Below, piece after piece: positions 19,449-31,100 of a stretch of 54,974 nt of DNA. The DNA comes from Candidatus Magasanikiibacteriota bacterium (GTDB lineage: Bacteria; Patescibacteriota; Patescibacteriia; Magasanikbacterales; 2-02-FULL-50-9b). The notes beneath the pieces were generated by a model. That model had not been told where the DNA came from and searched no databases. It saw nothing but the letters and a program-made list of their open reading frames with translations. The stretch lies in NCBI GenBank assembly GCA_903893485.1, contig CAITMK010000009.1:1-54974 (forward strand), in the 5' to 3' direction. A program made the translations under genes and the position numbers. Each line of letters starts with the position of its first letter. The stretch's first letter is position 1.

Positions 19449-19840
19449 AGAACACCAGGTGTACTCAAATATTTTTCTTGGCGCGGCAGCATGCGGCGGC
19501 GATCCATGGCGCGAATATGATCGTATCCAAGCAGATGCAACGTCCCGTGAATTGTCATGCGCGTCAGCTCTTCCAAATAGGTCACGCCGTATTCTTTTGC
19601 TTGCTCGCGAATATACGGCAAGCACAAAATGATTTCGCCAATATATTTTTCATCAGCACCATCTTGCCCAAAAGACAACACATCGGTTGGACGATTTTTT
19701 TTTCGGTACACGCGGTTAAGTTCTTGAATTTTTGCGCGCGAGACAAAAACAACGGACGCAGAATACCCAATTTTATTTTCGAATGCTAAAACTTTTTTAA
19801 CCACGCGCTGCAACTTTTTTTTTAATTCAGATTGGTTCAT
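19445..19840 (-). CDS. ybeY: rRNA maturation endoribonuclease YbeY
   Basis: 131 aa with the H..HGTLHLLGYDH zinc motif. Confidence 0.9.
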   Translation of the reverse strand: MNQSELKKKLQRVVKKVLAFENKIGYSASVVFVSRAKIQELNRVYRKKNRPTDVLSFGQDGADEKYIGEIILCLPYIREQAKEYGVTYLEELTRMTIHGTLHLLGYDHIRAMDRRRMLPRQEKYLSTPGVL

Positions 19841-21054
19841 GGCGTTGAGGTTGGTGCCACAAGCGTTGACGTGGCGGCGGTAGATGTAGATACCACAACC
19901 GGCAACGTCGAGGTGGTGGCCATAAATGCCGGGCCCGTAGCAGTCGTCTCTGGGATTGCAATCTCCGGTGATGAGGTTGCGATTACACCAAGTGCGGTTG
20001 GTGTGCCCACACTGGTAAGCGGCAACAATTCGATTGGCGTTGCGACAGTTGCAGTTTTAAACGACTGCACCATCATAACAAAAGTCGAACGATAATTTAT
20101 TTCTTCACGAGTGCCGCCATCGTAGCGAATCAAATACACACTACCGCCATCCGTAATGAAAGCAACGGTTTTATCCGGACTCATAATGCCCGACACGTGG
20201 AACCGGTTGGTGAATGGCTGATAGGTTGCCAAAACCTCATTTGGAAAGTTCTGATGAAACCAGTCAGGAAAGGCTTGCCCCGTTGGAAATGGAAGCGCGG
20301 TAATTTCAACAAATTCACCGGACAACGCCGTGAACATTACGTCTTTATGCGTCGTTTCATCAACGGCGCGAGCAATCCAAGCGGTTGGCTGATATATAGT
20401 ATATTTATAATCTGGATTTATGTACGTACTTACCAACTGGCTGTCGATAAGTCGCGCCTGCCCCGCTGCAACCGGGCTAAAAAGATTTACCAATTCTAAA
20501 CGATCTGGATATGTATCTGAGTCAGTGTCAATCAACGTTGGATTGGTACCAAGCATTTCTTCTTCAACATCAGTCAAGCCATCACCATCGCTGTCGGCAC
20601 TATCACGAAAAACATGTGGTGGAATAAGTGCTACAGTACTTGTTGGCACAACCGGAATTTCAATGGTTGATGTTGGAGTTGAGGTTGGTGTTTCAATCAC
20701 CACCTCAGGAGTTGAGGTTGCAAGCGTTACCGCGGGCAATGTTTGTGGCGCAGGTGTCTTTGAATTATTCCAATACCAAACACCGCCAGCAATAAGCATT
20801 AAAATAACAACAATAACCGCGGCAATAATAATTATTTTATTACTAGACGTTTGCGGCGCTGGCTGAACCAAAGTTTGTTTTGGAGGTAAAATTGGCTGTC
20901 GCGGCGCTGGCATCGGCTGACGCGTAGCGACCGGCGCAGGAGTCACTTTTTGCGATTCTATTGGAGCGGCATGGGTTGCACCAAGCTCTGCAGGCGGTGC
21001 ATTTTTACCGCCATAAAAATCCATTGGGATTGTGTAGATGATTGGTTCTGCCAT
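19837..21054 (-). CDS. Single-pass membrane protein with T/P-rich stalk, TSP3-like DxDxDG calcium motifs and a C-terminal globular domain
   Basis: TM segment IIIIAAVIVVILMLIAGGVWYW. Motif [34 protein letters not shown] lies at nt 20503-20604. ATG 21054 is preferred because the track start 21066 is TTG. The stop overlaps the ybeY ATG (ATGA). Confidence 0.6.
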   Translation of the reverse strand: MAEPIIYTIPMDFYGGKNAPPAELGATHAAPIESQKVTPAPVATRQPMPAPRQPILPPKQTLVQPAPQTSSNKIIIIAAVIVVILMLIAGGVWYWNNSKTPAPQTLPAVTLATSTPEVVIETPTSTPTSTIEIPVVPTSTVALIPPHVFRDSADSDGDGLTDVEEEMLGTNPTLIDTDSDTYPDRLELVNLFSPVAAGQARLIDSQLVSTYINPDYKYTIYQPTAWIARAVDETTHKDVMFTALSGEFVEITALPFPTGQAFPDWFHQNFPNEVLATYQPFTNRFHVSGIMSPDKTVAFITDGGSVYLIRYDGGTREEINYRSTFVMMVQSFKTATVATPIELLPLTSVGTPTALGVIATSSPEIAIPETTATGPAFMATTSTLPVVVSTSTAATSTLVAPTSTP

Positions 21055-21066
21055 ACGAAAGATCAA

Positions 21067-21840
21067 TTAGTGAAGTTTGCCTGGGCCAAGTGGATTATAT
21101 CCGCTCATAACTTCTTGCCCATCCGAATATCCATCGCCATCAGTATCTTTTTTGAGCGGATCAGTAAACCAAATGTGTACTTCAACGCCATCACTGAGGC
21201 CATCACCATCCGTATCTGGATTGTGTGGATCCGTGCCGTATTTTGCTTCCTCAACATCAGTCAAACCATCATGATCGCTGTCTAAATTTTGATCAATCGC
21301 GGTTGAAGTTGCCGCTGGCGCTGCAGGAGCTGTAACTTGCGGATTATCACTTGGTACAAATTGCTTAGCCGGAGTTGACGTGGTGATAGCTGCTGCCGCA
21401 GGACCTGTTGAATCGATGTTGACTGTATTTGTAGGCTGCACTGGAGCAGCTGGAATAGTAGTTGCGGTTGTAGTAGTTGGCGCAGGAGTCGCACTTTTAT
21501 TTTTTAAAAACCACCAAGTACCCGCACCCGCACCACCGACAACGACGATAATTGCCGTTGCAAGAAAAATTCGCTTGAGCGCGGTTGGCTCATGCAAATT
21601 GCCCATATCCATGGTGTCCAAGGCTGGCATAACCGATGGCGCAATTGGCTGCAACTTCCCTGCTTCCAAAGCAGAAGGCCCAAGCGGCGTGCTTCCTGGC
21701 GAAAGGTCTGCACCGGCCTCAGACTCAAACGGATCAACCGCGTCTGCAGCGGATGGCTCTGGCATTTCAGTTGGCTGACTTGATTCATCGTCAAACATAG
21801 ATTTTAAAATTAGCGACGTGGGGCTTTTGAATACACCCAT
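21067..21840 (-). CDS. Single-pass membrane protein with acidic N-terminus, T/A/P stalk and three TSP3-like motifs
   Basis: TM segment [79 protein letters not shown] lies at nt 21112-21282. An alternative ATG is at 21798. Confidence 0.6.
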   Translation of the reverse strand: MGVFKSPTSLILKSMFDDESSQPTEMPEPSAADAVDPFESEAGADLSPGSTPLGPSALEAGKLQPIAPSVMPALDTMDMGNLHEPTALKRIFLATAIIVVVGGAGAGTWWFLKNKSATPAPTTTTATTIPAAPVQPTNTVNIDSTGPAAAAITTSTPAKQFVPSDNPQVTAPAAPAATSTAIDQNLDSDHDGLTDVEEAKYGTDPHNPDTDGDGLSDGVEVHIWFTDPLKKDTDGDGYSDGQEVMSGYNPLGPGKLH

Positions 21841-22187
21841 TGTAGATCCGTTAACACAGGATCCTTACTGTGCGCATTTTTAGGGTCAGTGTGGGAACTA
21901 TTTACCTCAAAACCATCGGATAGACCATCGCCGTCCGTATCTGGATTGTGCGGATCGGTACCAAGCGTAATTTCTTGCGCATCAGTTAATCCGTCTGCAT
22001 CAGAATCAGTGAGGAGATATAACGGCTCTCTAGCAGCTCCCGTTGCAGATACCTTGTGCAGTGTATGATAAATAAATACACCCAACGCGATGCATACCAT
22101 CGCCACAATCAGTATAGCAAATATTTTTATCCGTGACGATTGTTCTGGTGGTGTTTGTGCGACTTGAGGAATTTGTTCGTTTTCCAT
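21810..22187 (-). CDS. Small single-pass membrane protein with TSP3-like motifs
   Basis: TM segment [61 protein letters not shown] lies at nt 21879-22007. The gene starts 6 nt after the giant gene's stop. Confidence 0.6.
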   Translation of the reverse strand: MENEQIPQVAQTPPEQSSRIKIFAILIVAMVCIALGVFIYHTLHKVSATGAAREPLYLLTDSDADGLTDAQEITLGTDPHNPDTDGDGLSDGFEVNSSHTDPKNAHSKDPVLTDLQWVYSKAPRR

Positions 22188-22193
22188 AACGGA

Positions 22194-25100
22194 TTATTTT
22201 AATAGAAGTGTATTCACACCACCTGGAACATACTGACCTGCATACAATGAAGTCTCCGGCGACGTATCAGTATCAGAAGCACGTAACATGGTGAACAGAT
22301 GGAATTGATCCGCATTTGCCGCATCTGGCTTTAAGTTATCAGTATTGAATGTTGAAACTAATCTCCAATAATGACCATTTGCATCTGGCGTTACATTTCG
22401 ATACCATATCGCAACTTTTGCAGCCGCAATTGGCGCAGGAAGTACAGAATTCCTTGAAAGCCAAACTACGTAAGCTTGACTAGATTGTGAAGCGGCAATA
22501 GTTCCAATAAGAGTACGCGTTTTTGGAATGAAGGCGTTTGCATCATTGATGCCCACAGCAGAATCTATTTGCGCCCACCATGGCCCCTTTGTTAAACATC
22601 CATCACGCCAAGCAATAATTGCCGACGGAATTGCGGTGGCACTAACTTTTATTTCATCAATCATTTCCGCCGAACTCCAACCATTTTTTCCATTACAATA
22701 AATTGCAGGCGGAGTCGCGCCTGAATAAATTTCATTACCAGGAACACTCGCACCGATATGAAGACCCCACGTTTCAAGTGATACAGGATTTCCATTTATT
22801 GTTTGCGTGACAGATTCAATACCTGTTACAACAACACGATAATCACCCGGCAAACCATTTGGCTCAATGTCCTGATGCTGAACAGATGCATTGGTTGATA
22901 CGACAAGCTGTGGAATAGAATAAGCAAAAGCACCGCCCGTTATGTCCGACTCAATCGTTTGTCCATTTGCATATAATCTCAATTGAGGACTTACTGTAAG
23001 ACGGTACGCAGCATCTGGACTAAAACATGCGCGCACCGTTCCAATAAGCGGGCCTGTATCGAACGAATATGTTTGCGTTTGATTAACTTCGCCACTCGGG
23101 GTACTAGTTGGCATTACCAAAATCGGAAAGGCATTTTCAGTTTTCAACTGAGAATCGTATACTACCGCCGAATTTGAATCACCATAACGAATATTACCTG
23201 ACAACCGAACTGGCAACCAAGGCAAGGTTGGATCTGAGAATGCAAAAGTCACTGGAACAACTGATGTAGATGGCAGTTTAACGTATGGACTCAAATTTAA
23301 ACCAGGTGGACTATTGTGTACCGGGTCATAAACGCTCAAATGAATTCCATTTAATCGATTTGTTTGCTTTCCACAACTCAAGTATTCGTCAGGAATGCGC
23401 GCAAGATTATTCAGCAAAACACCGGTTGCAGTTCCGCCGTTAGTTACCGTTGGATCCCCTCCATTATAGGTCTCGTATTTCACATCATAAGTTCCATTTT
23501 TCACTGCAGTAATATATCCGATGTCCCATAGTTCTTTATAAGGAACATGTGAAACGCCTCCTGGGAAATGGTAATCGACATTTCCTGGTCCAAACGCAGC
23601 GACATTTGGACAATCTATCACGCCTGGAAGACAGCCCGTTGAAATTAATCTGCGTACACCAACACGCATACCAACGATAAATGGCTGAGGTTCTTTATCG
23701 ATTGTTGATGACGCCCCAATTGATGCAAATTTAAGCGGAATATTACTTACATTTAAACCTGTCGGCTGTCCAGACAAACCGTATGTAGCAATTTGTCCGT
23801 GGGTAAACAAAGCACCATTTACATTATTACTATCATCTAAGCTGAATATGTGGGCACTAAACCAGTGACTATCAAATTCACTATATACCGGAAGAATATC
23901 ACCCAAACTAGGCGCCGGTCCTTTTTCTACGAAACCCGAACAATCTGACTTACAAGCCTGCGTACCATATTGATACGTTCCCGCAGGATAACTTCCATTT
24001 GGGCCAGCCGCGCCCGCGCCAATATCATTTTTGTCACACACTTCAGTGCCATTTTTTATACCGTCACCGCAATAACCACCAGATACATATGCTTTTTTAC
24101 ATGACGTGGTGCAGTACTGACACGTATTTTTCTGACCATATGCTGGTACACATGGAATACCGTTTTGACCGCCCACTGAATATGGTTTTGTACTATTAGC
24201 TGTTGCAGGATTCGATGGATCGGTTCCGTTATCACATTCTTCACCAGTGCCCGGCGTGAATTTACCATCACCGCAACCTGGTGGCGTCGTTGGGGTACCT
24301 GGAGTCGTTTGAATTTTTTCGCAAACAGGAACACCCGCGGTAGCATTTGTCCATTTACATGGATTTGCATCAGTATGTTTATTACATTTTCGTACACAAC
24401 TATTTGCATAATCAGTTTGATCTCCGTCACAGTCCTCTCCATGATCGGCATTCACGGTACCATCGCCACAATATGGACCATACGCTTTACAATCCCAGTT
24501 GCAAGAATCAACTTGATTGATTGCATATTTTGATCCAATCGTAACCGCACCAACACCGGAATTAATTTCACACATCTCAACGCCTGGTTGAATAATGCCG
24601 TCACCACAAGCGCCAAGCGAACTGACTAAAACTTTTGATTTAACACCGCAATCTGCTGGACAATGATTATATTTTCCATTCAGCGCTTTACCATCGTCAC
24701 AAGTTTCGACACCCACTTGAATTATGCCGTCGCCACACAAAGTAACTGGCGTTTGCGGCCCATATTTACATTGACTCGTACAAACCGCTGTTGAGCTACC
24801 ATATGTGGTTGAGTCATTAATCGTTACTGTTTTACCTGGTGGATCACATTGTTCGCTGCCGCCAATCGAGCCATCGCCACAAACCGCATCTGCAACATAC
24901 GTATTGCCTGTGCAGAAAGAAAGATTTACACGGCCAGACGCCAAAACCGTATCTTTAATATAACCTGCCCAGTTATTCGTCAAAGAAGAATCCTGCTCGA
25001 ATGAAATGCCAAGTTGGTAATCAGCGCCGCTATTAATTGTTCGGTAATGATACGCTTCTGAACCAGGGTTACATTGATACTTTTGTGATTTTGCATTCCA

Positions 25101-28100
25101 GCAAGTTGCGGTATCAAAATCACCGGTGCAACCTGCATATGAATTTAATGGATCAACAACCTGCGCAATGCCAAGTTGCGACATAAAATCCGTCCATTGT
25201 GGCCAGGTACTTGCGGTTAAGCCAGGCACAAACGAACCGGTAGCAACTACTGGATATTTATTTGCAAACGCGTGGGCTTTTTCGAGTGAGCGCGTGAGCG
25301 TCGCCACATCAATCACGCGATTTGTGTCGCGAATAAATTTGGTATATGGAATTTGACAAGTAGTTGGAGTCGCTGGCATTACACATGTTCCGTTACTTGG
25401 GCAATCCGCACTTGAATAACACGAAATTGGACCTGGTGTTGATGCTGTTGAACAGAGTCCAGATGGTCCAGAATTATTACAATCCAGCGGCAGAACATTT
25501 TGTGCATCCGCAACAATTTTTGCATACACAGGATCTGTTTGAAATGAAATTTTCTTTTGAGCAGCATCATACACCATTGCCTGAAAATGAGAGCCCGCAG
25601 CATCAAAGGTAATTGAGCAACGAATCCCCGATTTGAGATTTGCATCACTTCCTGTTCCCGACAATTCATTCGTATTTACAAAAACTCTACTTGCCATCTG
25701 AACCGGTGTCAGAGGGGTTTGAGGAACCGTAGGACAGTCAGCATCCTTATTACACTGCTGAGTGCTTGCTTCTGCCCCCTGATAACAAAGTCCATCATCA
25801 ACCAAATTTGTAGACGTTTGTAAGTTTGCCAAAATCTGATCAAAAATTGCCTGAAGCTCTGGCGTTGCAGGATCAGAAAGACTGATAATAAGCATGTTGG
25901 TGTAACTGCTATTTGTGCTCTGATTTCCGTATGCAACATACAAAGTATTTGCAACACGAACCGCATCCAAACCCGCAACGACTTGCGGCGTTACATCACC
26001 CTTAAATTCTTTTTGATAATACCATTCAAGTGGTGAATAATTTTTTAAGTTCTTTTCAATGCGGAAACCAACCGCCGCGCCCGTGGTCGGATCAGTCAAA
26101 TGAAATGCGTTCAACACGGTGTACACATCAGCGGCATTTGCTGAAGTATCTGCCACAGGATCGATAATAGGAACTAAATGTGGCAATGGTTTTTGCCCCG
26201 TTGGTGTTTCACAATACCAGAATGACATGTTTTGGCCGTTCAAAATATCAGTGAGCGGTGTTTGCGCGTCTGAATACCATGGCGTATCACAAATCGCAGC
26301 CCACACTGGCAAACGGCCAACTACATCATGCCCTTTGGTGCTTGGATCAAAATAAATATCAGAAACTATTTTTGCCAAACCAGTTACAAAAGTCTTACCA
26401 TTTTGGCCGCCCGCAACCATTTCTGTTTTTTGTTGTGTCTTTTTTTCGATTGGATCAATCTTCGCAACTTTCACAAACTGAGATGCCCAATTCCACGTCC
26501 AATCATATTTACCAGAAATCGCAGCCAAAGGCACGTCTCTGTTACCCTGATGGCTAAGACCGTACGCGATCGCCTCTTCAGGCGCATTAAGTTTCTGAAA
26601 ATTTATTTGGTCAGGAAAAATCTGAACCTTATTAAGTGCACATGGATTTGGTCCGGTAGTAAATGTCCAAGATTGCCCCGTAACAGCCACGCCAGAATTA
26701 GCAAGAACCGAATAATCTGCATTCGCCGCATCGGTTGGATTAGTTTTGCTAATCATTACCTTAACTTGCGTATTAGCTGGCAACATATCGCCGACAGAAG
26801 CGGTAAGTAATGCCTCGGAAGTTGATGGATCTGCTTTACTATTTGTATGATTAACAACATCCACAGTGTAAGGCAATTTTTTATAGCAAAATCCACCACG
26901 ATAATCTCCACCAGCGCAAGTCGCTGCATCAGTTGCATAACCAACCATAAAGCTGGTAGAGCTCACCGTTGTAGTATCAACCAATTCATTAACATGTGCA
27001 GTGATGAGCGTATTTCGACAAATATCCGTGGCGTTTGGATCTGGATAAACCGTATCAAAACCAAGCTGCTTGTAGCAACACCCATCCTTTCCCACCTGCG
27101 TACCCGCTGGACACGAAATCGCACTCGCGTTGCAAACCAATTTCCATGGAACCGTATCAGATTTGCCCATGGTCTGTGCGGTAATGTTTGTTGACTGAAA
27201 TCCATTAACTACTGGACCATTTGCATTAATACTAAACGCATGGTCTGGGGTTGATGATGCAGCCGTTTCTTGCGCAACCAAAGGTACGCTTGAAGTCCAA
27301 CTCCATGTATACGCATTTGGATTTAATGGTTGTCCATCTGGATGACACGCATCCGCCTGACCAAATGCACCAACCAAAAATTGCTGCACCTGTCCTTGCG
27401 CTTGCGCAATTGCGTCAACTGGTTTTACATTTACATGATCGATCGCACAAGCTGCGGTGCCCGTAATAAACGTCCACGTAAAATACTGAGCATTCGTTGC
27501 GGGATAATTGAAGTCTGCAAATGGAAGACCCGCGTCAGACAGTACGCCACCTTTCAAAACTAATCGATATTTTCGCTGTGGATCAAAATTCTGTGATGCA
27601 AAAAGTACATGATGATTATCGTTTGCATCGATTGTTGGGACTAGCGCATTTTTGAGATCACTATCTGCAAATGCACAATCATCGGTTGTAAGATTTGTTG
27701 TCGCAGGACATTCGTACAAAAATAATTTATTTTGGAGCGAATCAAGATTTATATTTGTACTAAAGGTGATGTCAACCAACGAATTTAAACAAACACCCGA
27801 TGTTGAACCCGGACAATCAAGCGGATCATACGAGGTAATATGCGGATTGGTAAACGCAACACTAAGAAGCGAAGAGCCTGTAATATTTTGTGCAGTTGCC
27901 AAAATTGAAAGTGGGCTATCCCCGGTTTCTTTGTATGCTGCAATATATTGTGCCCAGCCCGTATCAGACCATTTATTATCAGGGTCAACAGCAGCATAAC
28001 CCGCGTGTGCCAAATCAATACCCCAATTAAATGTAAAGGCGTTTGGATCGAGATACACACATTTATCAGCGCCAAATCCTTGTGCAATCCAGGCGAGCGG

Positions 28101-31100
28101 TGTCCAACTGCCATTTAATAGCTGCTGCACGGTTCCATAATCCGTTGTGGTGTAATTGCCAGGAGACAGTTCGATTGAAGCAAGTTTACACGCAGCATCG
28201 TTGTCGATAAGCGTTGCAGCGGTCTTAAAGGTAAAACAATATCCAACGCCAACAGGACAGCCCTTCATTGGAACCATCATTTTGCCGTTCACACCAACGC
28301 CCTTCGTGTTGGTACTCACTTCAGCAATATATGTTGTATTCAAGAATAGCGGCGCTTTTGGCTCAATGGTGTACTGATACACGTTATCATCCGCATTCAT
28401 GGTTGTCGGTGTAAAATCAGTTGTTGCGGTTGCCACTGCGGTATCACATTCATGATCTTTTTTGGTACCCGTACATTGAAAAAGTGAGAACGTAAAAGGC
28501 GATTCTGTTTTATCTGCGTTCAGCAAAACAACCGGTTGATTAAACGTTACCGATACCAATGACGTACGACAAACAGGCGTCGCCGCAGACCACATAATTG
28601 ATGGGCTTGGACTACGAATTCCATCGATGGAACACTGCTCGTAAATTCGTGGTGGACCCGGATTAATTACTAATGTTCCCGTGCCGGTTTTCAAAGCACC
28701 TTGTTGCATGGTTGATGCAGTGATATCAATTGACGCACCATCTTTCGTTGGTGTTTTCGCATCCAAAAGGGTTGTTGCAGCTGTTGGATTTAATGCTGCT
28801 GCGATCAAAAAATTAGAATCAACCGCTTGCGAAGGTTTCCACCCCCACTGATACACCGATGGATCCAGAATCTGACAATGATCAACTGGATATGGCACTG
28901 GCGACCAATACACTCTATTCTGTTTTGCATCAACGATCGTGCCCAAATTTTGCGTAACAAAACTTGGTGGATCGATTCCTACTTTATCAATCAAACAAGG
29001 TTCGTTAGTTGGGCCCGTGCTAAACGTAAAACAATACACAAAACCCGAACCTGGTTTACAGGTACTGAGTTGATCTGCTGGTGCACGTACTGGTAAGCCA
29101 CTATCAATACCCGCGATCTGATTAGAAATAGAAACGCGATAAGTTGAAGAAATTGCTAAATTTTGTGGCGTTACAAAAATACTTGAATACGCGCTTGTGC
29201 TGTATGCACTTACTTTCAAATTTTTCAGCGAAACCAATGTTGGATCCGTTTGCGTACAAGGATCAGAGATATCCCCGGTACATTTTTCAACAATGATGCT
29301 GCTTTTTGATCCTGAAAAAACATTTACTGTTTTAGGATCAATATTTTCAGTAAATTTAATGGCAATTTGCGCATTGTTACAAGCGCTGACTGTACTAGGC
29401 CAAACCGATGAAGGCGATGGTGATGGAATTGAATTTGTTGCCGTGGCTAAAGTATTACACTCTTCTTTGATTTCTGGTGGCTGCGAAACCGCGCACGAAT
29501 CGCCGGTTGAAAAACACCACAAAAATGCTGCGGAAACTTTTTTGCTTGCGCTTATACATGATGTACCACACGAACCATCCGCGCAACAAATATTGCCGGT
29601 TTTGCAAGCGCCCGCAACCACGCGGCAATCTGAAACTGCAAAATAAACAGAGTTACTACAAGTACTTGGGTTAGTATCACAAATATTTTTTGTTGCTTTT
29701 CCATTTATAACGAGGGATAAACGTACTCCACCACTCACTGCGCTTGCTGGTACCATGATGTTAACCTTGCCATCTGTCCAAATAGAACCTGTTTTTGGCG
29801 CCAATCCAACTACATGATCAGAAAAAATAGCAACACCCGGAGTTGTCCCAAAATGCTCACCAAAAAATGAAATTACAAGTGAACCATTCGCCGGGCCATT
29901 GTCCGCTTTAATTGCACAAACCTGTGGACCTGGTTTATCGGTATTTACTGTGAAATTCTGGATGTTTGAACCGGTTTTATTGCCATATGGATATACTCTA
30001 ATTCCATATTTGGCAACTGGAATATTTGGAACCTTAACAATAATTTGTTTATTCCCCCAAAAACCGGCTGCACATTGTGCAGGAAAATTAGTATCAGCCA
30101 CAACTTGTTGATCCGTTGGATTTCCGGATCCATCAAGTACTACAAAATAAACTTTATTTGGCACCGTACCAAAACCAGTACCCGTAAGCGTCACGTAAGT
30201 GCCAACACCCCCAGCTGCTGGTGCGACAGAATTCAAACTTAATACATTATCAGGATTCGCAGGCCCTTTCCCCGTGGTAGCAGTTGACGATGCAGTCACC
30301 AAAAATTCTAATGGATTTGTCGTAATACCTTTAATAACTGCCTGCACATTAATAAATCCAGGATCCATGTCTGGCAAAGTGGCGGTAATAGTATTTGGCG
30401 TAATTTGTGCCCACGTGGCATCATTTGCAGAATATCCACCAAAAAATAATTTACGATCTACACTGGGCGATGAAATATCATCAGTGCCTAAAAGAGAAAC
30501 CTTGGTACCAGAAAAACCAGAATCTGGAATCAATCCACAGATACCAGGGCGTACTACGTCGGTAATTTTAAATTGCTGGAGATATAAACCGGTTTGGTTG
30601 TCGGTTGTGTCAATCGATGTTGCGGAATTTTTAATCTGAATCGCACCGCTTTTAGCACCATCTGGAACGCGCACCACCACCTGATCATTTGACCAGCCAG
30701 CATCACAAGCCAAAGGCGCTTCAACATCATCAGTATCTGTTTTTGGATCACCTAAAAAGGTCACGGATCCAAAATTCGTTCCAAAACCATCGCCCGAAAT
30801 AGTTATGTAAGAACCTGGCGCACCATCTTGAGGCTGAACATCTTTGATAATCGGCGAACTTGAGCAAACATGTTTTACTGGATCACAAAAACCGTTTCCA
30901 CCCGCACATTGCGATGAAGCTGTACAAGCTGAATTCGCACACAATCCACATTCACCATTAGCAGCACTACAATCAATTGCAATTTCAGTTGGATCCGTTA
31001 CGCCGTTTACCGATTGAACTTTATTGAAACAATGTGCAGCATAAGAAGTTGTATGAATTTGCGCTTTGCCCAAATTACCTGCCACATCCATCGCGTCAAC

